DNA of 64,000 nt from Lytechinus pictus (taxonomy: Eukaryota), in NCBI RefSeq assembly GCF_037042905.1, contig NC_087251.1, positions 9,984,001 through 10,048,000 on the forward strand. The letters are read 5' to 3'. Position 1 is the stretch's first letter, and every line of letters begins with the position of its first letter. Positions 30,136 to 44,482 of the stretch are shown one piece after another. Both the position numbers and the translations under genes were made by a program. The notes beneath the pieces were generated by a model. The model saw only the letters and a list, made by a program, of their open reading frames with translations. It did no database searches and had not been told where the DNA came from.

Positions 30136-30664
30136 ATAATAATATAGTTTATTTTGTCAAATGCAATCCGCCAAATAGCTGCAGCTGTCCTTCTGGTACT
30201 TGATCTTCCTTTTGACCAATCTACTATTTAGAACAATGGATGTCAGCAGACTCATTTTCTTGACTATTGTAGATTGCACATCCCTGATGAAGAAAAAAAA
30301 TAGATTTGCAATGAAACGAGTCGGGATGTGAATTAGATTTTAGTTATTCTTATGATTTCAAGCTGCATATGGATTAAGCTTGAAACAGTTCAATACAAAT
30401 GTTTCTTTTGAACATGCATAACAGCTTGTACTTCATAAGAGACAAGTACAGGTGACTGCTGATAGGGAAATTCACGTTGAACTCAGTTTTGGGGACAGAT
30501 ATAATACAGTATGCATGATTGTATCTTTTAACATTGCATGAAAACTTGTATCCCTTTTGATAGTGGAATAATTTAGCATATATCATGAATTGAAGAAAAT
30601 AGTGTATTACTAATTTATGCAACACTTCTAATGGAAGACATTTCTTTTTTCCTTATCTTTTCAG

Positions 30665-30693
30665 GGATGAAAAGGCCAGATTTATCGAAACTG
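30665..30693 (+). CDS. PLEKHG1: PLEKHG-family 29-nt exon
   Basis: Strong polypyrimidine tract + ttcag, gtaagc donor. Supplies the phase 1-to-0 change needed to join the flanking exons. Encodes (G)MKRPDLSKL. Confidence 0.8.
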
Positions 30694-32627
30694 GTAAGCT
30701 ATCTTATTATTTGTCAATTTGTCTTTCTTTAAAGAGGAATTTTGGTTTATATGGATTTTGTGATAGATTATGTAAATATAGTGCACATTTTAAAAGTACT
30801 TTGTATGAGATGTTGTTAAGGGTGTAAGGAGATTATGGTTTAAGAGTAGGTACCTTGACCCTGGACCCCCTTCAGTTGGAACGGTTCTCGATGTTGCTCC
30901 ATGCATTAGGAGGATGGCTCTTTGGAGAGAAGTATCGGGCAATCTTTTTATCTCTGCATCCATGCAGATCATCCAAGTAGAGTGTATCATCATTGGTTGA
31001 TTGTTTTGTAAGGCAAGCTTAAGAGATTCTCAGCCGATCGGCTTTCCATGCCCCTTCATGAACCTGGAACATTCAGGGAATGGACGTGAATCGGAAGAAC
31101 ACAATTGGAGCAATTTCCCGTCTGGAGGGTCTAAGAAACCTTCTTCATGTTCTTGGCCAAGATCCCCTCAAACGGAGACATTGGAAAGACCTCGGATGAC
31201 CTCTCTGGGAATGTAGTCTAATTTTCATGAGGTTCTTTACATCGTTGACATGCTGCTTTCCCCTCAGATCAGATTGTGTTTACTTGGGAGTATAGAGACA
31301 GGAAGGGGGGTAACATTGCCCTCGGCAGATAATGTCTCGGACTAATAGCTCCCCCACAGGGTGGGAAGAGAAAAAGGGTAAGGGGTGTCTTCAAATGTTT
31401 TGTGAAATTAAAAATAACAGAGTTCTGATGAGCCCAAATTATTTAGTGACGTTAATTATACATTTCAGGAAATTCAAGTGAAGATAGCAACTATTCTAAA
31501 TGTATCCTGCAAAGATCAATGCTCTGATTTTTTCTACGTGTATCATGAGGATGTTCAAGAACTAAATGTCAACTTTATATACTTCATATAGATAGCGCTC
31601 ATTTTCCTTCCCTAATATGGCAGCTCTGCCTTCATTAAAGCAGAGATGATGATGATGGTGGTTGTTGTGGTATAGCACCTGTGTTTGTCATGGCTGGATA
31701 TTCATCCTTACTCATCCGTCTTGATACAAAAATACATCTTTGTCTCAGAAACTTACAGTGCTTTTATTATGCAGTGATTTCCGTCTATAAGTCCTCTAAA
31801 TACTTACTCGCTTTGAAAATCAACAATTCCAGTATTTCCTTAGAGATTTTGATCTATATTTCATAGAAAAGTTTTTTTGTAGAATGTGAAATAAGAAGTG
31901 AAAACAAAATTCAACATTTTTTTTTAGTGGTACGATTGCTATCGAGGTGTCTGCTCTGTTGGGAATTTTGCCATGTTGGCTCACGTTCTGTTCAAAGCAA
32001 GGTCATGCTATGTGATGAAAGCTGTATTTTTAGAGATGTGTTTGATGTTACTGATAGTGATGTGACTCAAATGTTGAGAGATAGATGACATCATCAGTGG
32101 TATTCACCTGAAGTCTTACCTCTGTTCATTCTATAAATGCATTCTCTCTTAGACTTTCCCTTCTAATGATTCTGTGTGAGACATACAAATTGCAATTCTG
32201 TCCATTTACTTGTTTAAGGCATGTAACATATATGGCATCATACTATACTGGGCAGCTGTACTTTATATGAGAAAAAGAAATGGCACATTTTAAAGAAAAG
32301 TTCATTACTTTCTAAATTGTTTTTGTTATCCATGAGAATGAAATGATTATTGTAGCGTGAAGAAAATTCACTCTAGATTGTTACTGTCAATGCCTGACTT
32401 CTAATCCTTCTCGTTTACTGTGTCTGGATTTATAAGTAACATTTCACAAACATTGTCTATTATATTAGTGGAAGAATGTTTAGGAGTTGTACTTACCCTT
32501 TGATGGCTGCAGTAATGGTGCAACCATTTTAGTGCAAATAAAACCTAGATATATATAATTGATGTTTTCCTCTTTTGACTTTAAGATGGTCCTATCAATG
32601 AAATTTGTTTTTCTCCTGATAATCCAG

Positions 32628-32729
32628 GCAAGCAAGAGATCAGCAGACATTCCCCATGATGATGGTACAGAAGATTCTCTTGATGAGATAGAAACCAACA
32701 AGACAAGGAAGAGTGAACCAGTTACTCCA
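32628..32729 (+). CDS. PLEKHG1: PLEKHG-family exon
   Basis: tccag acceptor, gtaagt donor, 102 nt, phase 0-0. Encodes ASKRSADIPHDDGTEDSLDEIETNKTRKSEPVTP. Confidence 0.8.
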
Positions 32730-33290
32730 GTAAGTATTAATATCCAGATAATAGGCAAGTAATTACCATAAGTGAAGGTGATTGTACAGATCAGGATGTA
32801 GCTGTTTTTACTAAGTGAAGTTAAGAAATAAAAGTGTATATATTCATGCTGTGTATAAGACGATGATCATGGATGCAACTGCTCAGATAAAAGTAGGAAT
32901 TTTTTCAATTTAAATTTTCAGCCATAGAAATACATATTTACCTACTTTACACAAACGAATAAGTGGCACCCCTGAGTAATTTTTTGTTTCATTTTCTGAA
33001 ACATAGAGGTGATTTTTACCTTTATATTTGACCTTTTTGAAACTATTTAATCACAGCAGGAAAATAATATATGCATATTAAGCTATAACCCTAATTCTCT
33101 CCAAGATAATGGTAATCTCAAAGTTTCACATTTTTCAGTGGATTTGTTTTGAAATGGAGAAGGACCTATTAAAGCTAAATAAAATAAAACAAAATATGTT
33201 ATGTTGTTAATATCTGGAACCAATGTAGAGTAAGAGGATGTGCTAAGGATGAATTGACTGGTTAATATCATTAATCATATTTTATAACAG

Positions 33291-33366
33291 GATGAGAAAG
33301 GAGAGAGCAGCTTAGCCCCTCTTGCAAGACCAGAAGAAATGAGAGATGAATATGGGGCTCACCAAA
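33291..33366 (+). CDS. PLEKHG1: PLEKHG-family exon
   Basis: aacag acceptor, gtaagt donor, 76 nt, phase 0-1. Encodes DEKGESSLAPLARPEEMRDEYGAHQ; phase fits the final exon. Confidence 0.8.
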
Positions 33367-34062
33367 GTAAGTATTCATGCCATTTTCATTTGAATTCTTA
33401 ACCTGGATATCAATATAACCCAATATGTTAAATTACATTATAAATCATTTTGGGATAAAGATGTGAGAATAGATAGGTTGCTCTTATTGTTTAATGAATT
33501 TTATGTACATTGAAATACATGTTTTCAGTTACAGATGATTCTTAATTTCCATGAGCAAAGGCTATTTTCTTTTTATTATTTTATTGTCATGATTTTTTGA
33601 AAATCAAATATAGTATGGAATATAATTGCCTGCTTTTCATATCATTGATTGGATTACTGTATCAGACATCCTTTGGTTTTTCAAGGTAAATAAGAATTCA
33701 TCATTCACCATCCCTTGACAGATTGCCAAATGATATCAAGCTTTCATGTTTAGATGAACATTCAATGACACCCAGTTACCATGACGGTTTCTGTGCATCT
33801 GACTAAATGTTAAATCCCTTGTTTGCAATTATTATAATGGTACTCATGATTCCACTCACAGTAGAAATACAAGAGCCCTTCAGTTTAGGAGTTTTATCCA
33901 GTGTTCCCAGTAATTATAGCAAAGTGTGTAACAAACTAACAGAAATTAAACATTTACTGTTTGTAAAAGTTAGTAATATTTGATTGCTTTTGATATCGGA
34001 TAACTGAGTTTTGTGTGAGAATCATCAAGACTGGAATGCCATTTATTATTTTCACTATACAG

Positions 34063-36680
34063 ATACCAGACAAGACACTTCTCCATCATCATCCAAAAAA
34101 CTGGTTCTATCAAAGAGTCTAGGAGACAAGAAGGAATCTAACAGAGACTCTGGAATCGGTAGCATGAATCTCTCTGAACATCTTAAGCTTGATTCTGAGG
34201 ATAAGAGCAGCGCTGATGAGGCCAAGGCTGGAGATGGTAGGACAGGAAAGAAGAGGGGTGGAGCAGTAAGGAAACGAGAGAATGGGATCAATAGACAAGA
34301 TGGTTTGGATGATACAGAAGAGGAGGAAGGGGAAGGAGCTAAGGGAAGTGAAGGAGAGAGTCCTGATGAGTTGGAAGCCTTGGAGCAGCTCTCAGACGAT
34401 AATCATCTTGATAGAGATCCTCTCCTTGACATAGAGCTATCTCCCAAGCCATCTAGAAGAAGCTTGAGCACTATTCATGGTCCAGAGCTCTTTAAACTGA
34501 GAAGAGTTAATCTCAAGGAGTACCGTCCACTCAATGATAGATTCAGCAAAGACCATGATGATGTCTGGGTTCCTATGACAAGCAAAACATTTGGCAGAAA
34601 TCGCTCATTCTCGCACATTCCAACGAGACCTCAGAGTGCAGACGTCGCCACCCATCCACACTTCCAGAAACTTAGACTCTCAAGGACACGCAGTGATGAC
34701 AGTTCTCTCCATACTTGGGCAGAGCTGGCTAAATGCCGATCAGATCCAAATATCACAGACCACAAATCGGATCTTGGGGATTCCATAAAGAGCAATAATG
34801 GGAAGGAAACTGCTCTTGGCTCATCTGCATCTACGTTTGGGACAGGGGATGGGGACCTTTCTTCTTTGTCATCTCATGAAAACCTTACAGACTCCATCAA
34901 CATGGCTTTCCAACAGCTAGGGGCCAAGTATGCTGCCAAGGCTGAAAGTGAGAGTGGGAACTCTACACCTTGTTATAATGAAGAAAAAGTCAGAGACTCT
35001 GAAGCTGCAACACGGAAGGAGAAAGTATCAATTATTTTAAATGATGAGGATATACTGCTCCTGGACAAAGAAGATACAGAGTCTTCACACAAGGACTTTA
35101 GTAATGAGACATGTTCAACCAAAGATGATGATGATGATACTTCATTTGATTCACCAGAAGAGGAGGAGCTCAATGCTGCAAAGAAGAAGGTGCAGAGGCT
35201 GGCTAGAAAATATAGTAAAATGATCAAACATCAACAACAGCAGTCTACTATTGTTGTCACTAGGAAGAACAGTGAGTCTTCATCTTCAGAAAATGATGGG
35301 AAGCAGGTTGCTTGGGCCGTTACACACGGTCAGGGTGGAACTGTCATTAAACGCTTTGAGATCGACAGCCCTTCTGGTTCCTTGAAAGGAAATTCTGTCA
35401 GCAGGTCGACCACAGATTCTGAAGATGATAGATCCAGTGGCTCAAGACGTTCCATTACTCGAGGAGCACAGAACAGGAAATCTGTCAGAGACTTTGTTCG
35501 GAGATTTGAAGTCACAAAGTCAACTAAACCAGAGCCCAAAGTTGTAACACCTGTTCAGGATGGAATCAAGGAAAGACTCAAGAGCTTCCAACAGGAAACT
35601 AAGCAACCTAATAAATCTCCTCAACACCGATCAAGTATGGGATTCAAGAAGTTGTCAGAGAGGAGAAAGGAACTTGAAGAATGGGTAGCTAAACCCAAAC
35701 AGAGGTCTCGTCATAACTCTGAAGGTAAAGACTCTACTGATGGTCTTTCATTCAGCAGCAGTGCTTCAGATGCTGGTGATTTATCATTCACCTTCAACAG
35801 CAGTTATCAAGGTAGCTATGCATCTAGCTTACATAGCAGCGGACGCAGCTCTCCATGCATTGAAGCTCGTATTGCTAACATCAATGCTATCAAGGATGGT
35901 CTTTTGGAATCCATTAGTCGCTTGACCAGCCATGGGAGTGCCACTGAAGATGAAGAAGTGACTCCGGCTATGTTCAAATCCATCCGAGAAAGATTCGAAG
36001 AGCTTGAAAAGGCTGCCCACAAACCCATCCCCAAAACAGTCAGTGATCCTCAGGAGGAGATTAAAGGCGGTAGTGTGGTTGAAGGTGATGATGATGATAC
36101 TATTCAAGATATTACAGACATTCACTCTTGTGGAGAAACTGACACAAATACAACCCTTCCAAATCTTGATCTCGATCTTCCATTTCCTGAAGTCTTTGAC
36201 ACATCGTCCAGTGAACTATCGGCAATGGGTTTGAAATCTTCAGAATCTCTCAATACCCGTCTTGATGCGCTCGATATATCTAGTGACAATTCTGCATCAG
36301 ATGCCAAGCAGTTCTCATCATCCTCCGACCTTCTCTTTCCAGAGATTGAAAAGTTGGAAAGTGGACCACCTGTTTCAGAGACAGCCTCTACCAAGCCTGT
36401 CAGCAATGTAGAGATCACTACGGCCAAGCTATCAGATTCATGTCATCAGGTAAGCTTGGAGATTTCCCTGACATCCAAGAAGAGAGAGTCTGCTCATCCA
36501 ACCACCCTGGATGTTCTTTCACTCTATGAAGGACTGTCAGAAGAGGAACAGAAGATGTTGTCTCCAGAGCCCGCCCTCAACAGGTCAGAGTCTTCCGAGA
36601 GCAGCTACAAAGATGCCATCTCTGTCAGTCTGACTTCTCCTACTTCTGAGGATTATGTCACCGCACCGGAGGAGCACTAA
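34063..36680 (+). CDS. PLEKHG1: PLEKHG-family terminal coding exon (2.6 kb), long S/D/E/K-rich probably disordered C-terminal tail
   Basis: Lies within the 889-aa ORF 34011-36680. The tacag acceptor (AG at 34061-34062) gives a phase-1 entry in the ORF frame; stop TAA ends at 36680. Contains KVQRLARKYSKMIK, resembling the recalled vertebrate PLEKHG1/3 motif KVYxLARQYS. Confidence 0.88.
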
Positions 36681-39600
36681 GAATTAATAAGTGTGCATAC
36701 TATATAAACCATCATTTAGCAGTGTTGCAATGCCTTTCACGATTCAATTCCTAACCATGTTATTTCAAATCTTTCATTTTTTGACAACTTGTTCTTTCAC
36801 TGGGTGACCATTTGACAAATTCAAATACAATACTAAAATTGCCAAAGGGATTTGGGTTTATTTTCATATAAAACCAGTGCTTCAAGAGAAGCAAGAATCA
36901 TTTTGTATTCATTTTTTATCACATAATCAGTGCCTTGATTTTGCACAAGTTAATTTTCTATTCTTTTCATTGTTTTACTTGAGATGATTACTGCTCGTGT
37001 TCATTACATCAGTGAAAAGGTAATGTTAGTTTGAAAAAAAAAATTCTTTATAATGTAGGGAATGATACTTTTTTTTTTATAAAATGTTAAAATAATTTGA
37101 TTCACTTTGCTGTCAAAGTGTCATCTATCGTCAGTTCATTATCCTCTTTTTATAAATGAAAATCAGAGCAAGTATTATAAACAAGAACCTTTCTGTATTG
37201 GTATTTCTATTTTGCTATTCCATAATGATATTTTCTTCTGTTTCATTTTTTTGAAATATCAAGGTTTTTCATAGCTGACCGACATAGTTATCACAAAACG
37301 TTAAAATTCAATTTTATGGAGTGACCTTACCAATATCCCTATCATTGATGGACCTGTCTTCTGGTTCCTGTAGGATGAAAAATATCTATAGTTTCATCCT
37401 GTCAAAGTTATTAGCATCATTCATGTTTCAGAGAAAGAACAGATTCTAGTCTGTTCTATCGTTTGAATGTTTTTGGCCTTGACGCCGCCTAATCGCATCA
37501 TGAAACGGTCATGTGATAGCCATGTGACTGACTTGATCAATTAGGAGGAAGTCATAAGGTCCGGATTGTTCAAGCAAAGATTAGATCGTTTGCTTGCTTA
37601 TAGTATATGTCTGATAGAAATTTCATTCTGTTAGATATTATTCTTCATTTTTACAGAACTATTCAAAATTTCTTTTGCTTTTCAAAAATGCAAAATGCAT
37701 TCTTATACTTTTTCTTCATAACCAATTTTCATAGAAATCATGAACAGGCTTTGATCTTTCTAATCATCTCATTTTGTCATTTCCAAATCATGAATTATAT
37801 TATCTGCAAGTCAGTGTTATAATTTACTGATGACTCTTCTTTATTTATGATAGTTTCATACTGAGAACAATTGAAAGCCAAAGCCTTAAGATAAATTATG
37901 ACAGTATTGCTTCATGCAAAGTGCCTTTCAGCTATTGTAAACATTTCTCATATGAGCAATCAACAATCACCCACTCAAGTTTACCGTATAATCATGTTTG
38001 CTGATTTGAACAACACGAGTACATGCTTATTTTGTTTACATGACAATGGATGATAATTAGTCCCCCATTTACATCAAAGAAGACAATGTGCGTATTACCT
38101 ATCCCAATGATATGTATGGTAAAGTAAATGTCTTCTTTATAATATATGATATTGTTTCTAAATGCAGAATGCTAGAAAATATGTTGTTTTCTGTTTCATT
38201 GGATATCCATTGTAATTTTGTTTAGGGTTTTTTTGGCAGACATTGAACAAAACAATGTTCTGTAAATCAAGGATGCACACATATTTATCTTCAAGAAACA
38301 TGAGATCCAAGCTTATAACTTTTGGTTATAAGTTGCATAGATCTTACTTTGGTTCCACCGGAGTAATTAACAAAACTAGAATGATGAACAAATCTTGTTA
38401 AGTGATGTCCTTAGCTACATTGTAGTAGTATTGGTTTATTTTGTCTTGCTAAAGTGTTTTTAGCTTAAAGGCATGCGTGTTGTGTATATTGTCTTAGAAA
38501 TATTTAATATATATAGATGGTATGTGTATTCAGGCTTAACTATGTATGCTCTGAAGCTTTGTATAATACTTAATCAAGGATTTGGCATGTATATTCATCT
38601 AAATGTAGTTATGCTATTTGTGTACATTTCTACTGTACCCATCATGGTCATTGTATATTTCATGTAGATTGCTTTTGTGAAGTCTGAGGGTGGTCGTGTA
38701 TCAAACTATAAAGAGTTCTGTCAAAGCACCTTTACTTCTTTCTACTTTTCTTGCCAAATAGATTGATAAAGAATCTCAGAATTTATTAATACAAAGAAAG
38801 TACCTTCTGATTCAGATTTACTGTAATGTAGTGTGGATATTTTCTATCTTAATAAAACTATTAAAAATATCATTCCTGATCTATGTTCATAGTGTACATT
38901 GCATGATATAATAGGAAGACCAGCCAATTGTACTTCAGTAGCAAAGGCAGCTATTTTTTCACATTTTGTACAAGCTATGAAGTAGTAAATATGAGGAATG
39001 ATGTGTGTTAAATTAATTATCAAATTTCAATTGTGATTTAATGTTAGTAAGTAATGTGATCTTTATATTTATGAACTATTATTAGCAATATTCATTTTGC
39101 TCATCTACGCAGGAGGGGGGGGGGTTACAGAAAACATTTAGAGTAAGGAACAAAGTAACCCAGCACTGTCACATGGGCTATTTGTATTTTTGAAATTGAA
39201 TTCTGAAGATCTGTTGTACAATTTGGGTGGATTTAGGGGAAATTATCAGTGTTAAAAGTATTGGTACTTGGTAAATTGTAACAGTTTAAACTTCTGACTA
39301 GTCGATTAAAGAATTTGAAAATAACAATGACTATTTTCACAGATCAATTTCACTTTCATTTTGTCAAATTGAGTAGACTTTGAATGATGAATTTCTTTTT
39401 CACTGAAAACGTTAACATTTTATGTGTAAAAACTAAAATAAGGTGCTATGAGTCTTTCCACTCCAAAGTTCTTCTAAAATGTCAATAGGGAGATTTTTGT
39501 ATCCATATTTGACACATAAGTTAGTGGTGCTATTGCTACTGAGGACCTCTGTTCTGAGAAATATCAAATGTCAGCATTTAAATCCATGCAACACAATATG

Positions 39601-42600
39601 AATTAGTTTGCACTTTCAATCATATGAATTTTTTACAAAAGACATAAAATACTGTTACCAGGTAATTTGATTTTGAAGAAAAAAATGAATTACACATGTA
39701 TTTGAATAGCATATTCTGCTTTCCTCAAGTAAAAGATATCAAGTGACTTATTTTATCTATTTTCTGGATTTATTTTTTTATTTAAGAACATGAATGGACA
39801 TGTACAACTCATTTTGATGTGTAAAAAAGCCAATGCATTTTGTATGAACTGTTCATACGCACTATTTACGAGAAATTATAATTTACATGGTTTTACAGCA
39901 CTGAGAAAATCCCTTGACTTAAATGAAAATCTGTTTTACAACTTATAATACTTCAAGAGATCTTTTGTTTATGATCATGTTGGTTCGCAAAGATGCATTT
40001 GATGTAATAATTTGGTTTAGTTCGCTACACAGAACGGTAATAATTTTATAACCGCTCCGTACTTAATATTCCTTCTTTGAGCCAGATAATTATTTTAATC
40101 CTCTACATTGTTGAATGTAAACTCATTATTCTTGTTAATCTGGTATTAGTTCATGCACTTAAAGCTTTCAGTTCATCAAGTATGTGTACTTAAAAGTAAT
40201 GAAATAAATCATGTCATCTCAGTAAAAATCATCTATCTGATTGTTTATGAATAAGACTACAAATATTAAAAATTGTATTTCATTTGCTTACAATGTGGCT
40301 GTATGAGTTGTATTTATTCATTTGAAAGCTAAGCAATGTTATGGTTTGTATGATTTGTAAGAGGTATGTCTATTATGTCTTTTCATATCCCTTGCTTGAC
40401 GTCGCTACCTCTACCTTCAGGTAGTGAAATTTACCATCATACAATAAAAACCAGGCGTCCAGATTGGTAACAAAAATAGTCCGTTTCTTGTCTAGTTCTT
40501 TCATGTCTTATCTACATTTTACTTTTATATGTGTTTTGCAATTCTGTGAAATGTATTTCATTCCATACTCAAAATCATTATTTGTATCCTCATAGTATTA
40601 TAAAGTTGACCTTAGCTCAACTGAGACTATACTTTCATGGAGTACTTGTCAACTTAATTCATAAATTAATTCATGACTCTGAAATGAAGTTTAAAAATAT
40701 ATGCAGTGAAAGAAGGTTTAAAATCTTTTTGTGATTATAATGGTAGTTAAGGAAGACTAAACCTGACATTTGGTAGATATATGGAATTCAGTTCCTAGAG
40801 GCTGTTGGATAGATTTGTTATGTATGACTTTACATACGATTGGTGACCTTTTCTTGTGCGAAATGATATATAAATATATATGTAGCTGACTTAGCACTCC
40901 AGAACGTGTCACCAGTCATGTGCAAATCTATTAGGTTGTGTTAAAGTTATAAACAGCTTTATACAATTCCCACTTGTAAGTATGGATATAAACACTGGTC
41001 AACTTATGAGAATACCACCTATATATATTTGTTAAGAAAATATTTAACATATTATTAAATAGACATCTTTTAAGAAAACTGCCAATAACAATTTGTTTTC
41101 CAAATAAAAAAAATCTTCAGTTTTCGAAGAAATATTTTCAAGAAAGGAATTGAGTTAATTGGGGAACATTTCACAAATTGCAAAATATCACTTCTATAAA
41201 GCGATCTGGAGTGACATTGGCAAATCAAAAACTAGTACATGTAAGCTGTGAATCTGAACACTTCAAGTTTCATGCATTTTCAATCACTGCTTGCCAGAAA
41301 AAGCAATGGGCCTTATTGAAAAACTCATTATTTTTGTCGCTTTGAAAATAGGCTCTGTTGTGCTCCTCACCGGCCTTTATTATCAGACATCATATAGTGC
41401 AACCAGCATATGTCTGTATGCAGAAAAGTTCAATTATTTTCTTGTTTCCAGGATGATCAATTTTTTTAATGGTTTGCAGAGGAAAATTAGTGAAAATATT
41501 TACTGTTGAAAAGGATGAAAACTTACAGCTCTTCATATGTTTTGGGGATTTCTGTATTTGGCTCTTTATTGCTGTGTCAAGAAAAACTGTTGCACACAAT
41601 CTGAATGCAGTTACAGCTAGATAGCTGTGCCAAGTAAGCGGCAAATAAATATTTTAAAAAAATCCCTCTAAAACCACAACCTTACACAGTATAACATCAG
41701 AGAGTTCAGGCCAGTCAGAAGCACAATAAAGCCTATTTTTGAGCCCTGCTATTTTGACTTTCCAAAGCTAAATACTCAGCTGGCAAGCAAAGAAAATGCA
41801 TGAAACTTGCACCATTTTTTTTTTGTAGCAAAGAAGCATTAATCGATATATACAGTTTAACTTGCGTATTAAAGTCAACCATCCATAAATCCAATATTCA
41901 TTGAAGTTGAAGCAAGTTTTAGAGTACCGGTATGCAAAATGTTACAATGCATCTTCTGAGTCAAAATTCTCTTACGTGTACCAGATCCTCTCTTAGGTCA
42001 AGGTGGTGTAGATTTGTTTTGAATATTCAAAATGTAAGAACCACATATCTACTATAATTGTAGCTCTAATGTATTCAAATAAAGTGCTCATCAAAGGATG
42101 TTTAAAAAGAAAAGTGAGAGGGAAGGTGTGGATAATGAGGAAAGAGAAATGGGGATACACTAAATTATTTCAGTTAACAACCATTGTTGAAGTGAAAGAA
42201 GAGGGAAAAAATGATGAAATTGAATGCAGTAAAGGGAAGATACAAATTTTCAATTGAAAGATAAATGGGTAATTGTATGAGATAATCCCAGAAAAGCAAC
42301 TAAAAAGGAATAGTAAACAGAGAGGAATGTCTTTGAGATCCCAGAAAAGACAACAATATTAGTACAAAATCAGCTGTTTTATTTTTTTTCTCCCAAAGCT
42401 ACATGTATTAAGGGATTGAACATACAACACAAAGGATACTATGGCAACAGCATTCTTTAGTTCAGATATGAATATCAATTCATTTTATTTCCACATTAAA
42501 ATACATACATCGTATAGGCAGGTCTATTAATTATATTTTGAAATACAAAGGATTTAGTAGCACAAGCCGAGGACTGCCATATAAAACCTGAGAAAGGATA

Positions 42601-44482
42601 TTTTCTACATAAATGGCAATATATCTTGTTTCCCCCAACAACTAGATTTCATGCATACAACTGTACATAACAAAGTATGCCAAATGATTTCTGATATTTC
42701 AATTCATTTGCTATTAAACAGATTAAGGGATTAAATTACTGGTCTTCAGAAAGAACATCTATAAACTTGATAGGGTCAATTGTATATTTTGTTTGCAGTG
42801 TCGGGTTTGGGGAAAATATGTAAATAATGACTAATATGCACAACCTACTGTCATTAAACACCATGTATATCTAGCATACATGTGTCCCTATTGCAATCAA
42901 CAATTTGAATTTGAATTTCTGGACCACATATGGAATATCACACACATAAAGGCAAGCAATTTTTAGTGCATTTGATAAAAATCAGAATAGAGTCAACTAA
43001 GATGAGTCAACCTTCAAATTAAGTTCATTTAATATAATGGGTACATATTGTACAAGGAGCCAGCCTGTCAAAACTTACTAGCAAATTCTGGTAAAAGGGT
43101 CAGAAATTTATAAAAACATTATCAAACACAAAGCTAATTCCTTGATGTATTAAAGATGGAAACTTTAAATCATTCATTAATATTTTCTTGTGGGATTTTA
43201 AGGATTTTCTAAAACATTCCCTGATTTGGGGTTGTTTCAAAAATATGTTCAAAAAATGTTACTGAAGATCATACAAATGCCTGGAATATATAAAGCATGG
43301 ATGATTTCATATTTTCAGACACACTAGGTGTAGACGAAATAAGAGGTTAAAAATTAAGCCTCTTTTTTATAGCAGAAAGTATAACTATTTCAAAAATTAC
43401 ATGGAATTGCATGTCATACTTTGGGCACTTTGATTTCAGTTCTAAAAATTATGTGTAACTTTTAAATCATGTTAAAATATCTCTATGAAAGAGCCCCTTA
43501 AGCCTAAAGCAAATGTGGAATTAAACAATTGAAGAATTCATAAAAGGCTTGCGTACATATCGCTCAAGAGGCACACAAAATTAAAAACCAAAACAACATA
43601 AAGATACAGTATTAAAAAAATTGTTGATCTTGCATATTACATCATCTACATGAACCACTTCTATGAACTTCCCAATGACAAACCATTTACATAATGTAGT
43701 TGTTACAACACAATACACAAGCACATAGCATGTCAAACCCAGTATAAAACTCATTAAAATGTGTATAAAATGTATTTTATGTCTAATGAAAATCTACATT
43801 ATATGCTTCATTTATTTCCTGTACTTGAAATTAATCAAATGACTAGCATTCATATCAATTCACATTATACCACTTTACTTGATTGCAATTAAAGTGACAC
43901 ATCAAGTTAATTTTACACTGTTAAAAAGAAAAGGTAGAATTTAGAGAAAGCAGACAGAAAAGTAGCGAGTCCTTGCTTAAATCAGACCTCATTAATTCTT
44001 ATAGTTATTCATTCAATATTTTTTCTAAAGTGGATTTTTCAAATAAATCGATGAAAATAACGAGAAAGTAAATTCCATCTTTATTCCGTAGGATTCCATA
44101 CTAAGTGATTTAAACATGGAAAAGAAAAGTACATTCTTCTCAAGATGGCACTTAAAAAGAAAATGGGATGGACATCATGTTGCAACAACATACCTTACAA
44201 ACATCTCACAATTGGTTTTCATTCATTTGTGAAATTACACAAAGCATATGTTGAACATGCATTGCAGAAAAGTAAATAGTTGAAGAAACGTAAAATAAAA
44301 TCTACATTATTTTATGGAAATTAACATACATGTATTTCAGGTTGTTTTAGTTTGATTTTCAGCCTAGGAAAGGCAGAGCTCCATTTCATTCTAATGTTGG
44401 TACAATACCTGCAATTCATTATATTGTGAAATACAAAGTATAAAACAGGAACAATTACTGAATTTCTTATCTTGTATCTCAT

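Noticed and set aside
23640..30203. Poly-His, poly-Met, poly-Leu, poly-Ile and poly-Tyr ORFs
   Set aside because: Translations of GAT and TTA microsatellites.
34011..34062. The 889-aa ORF as a stand-alone gene starting at 34011
   Set aside because: The start is a TTG in intron-like sequence; a good acceptor at 34061-34062 joins it in frame to the upstream PLEKHG exons.
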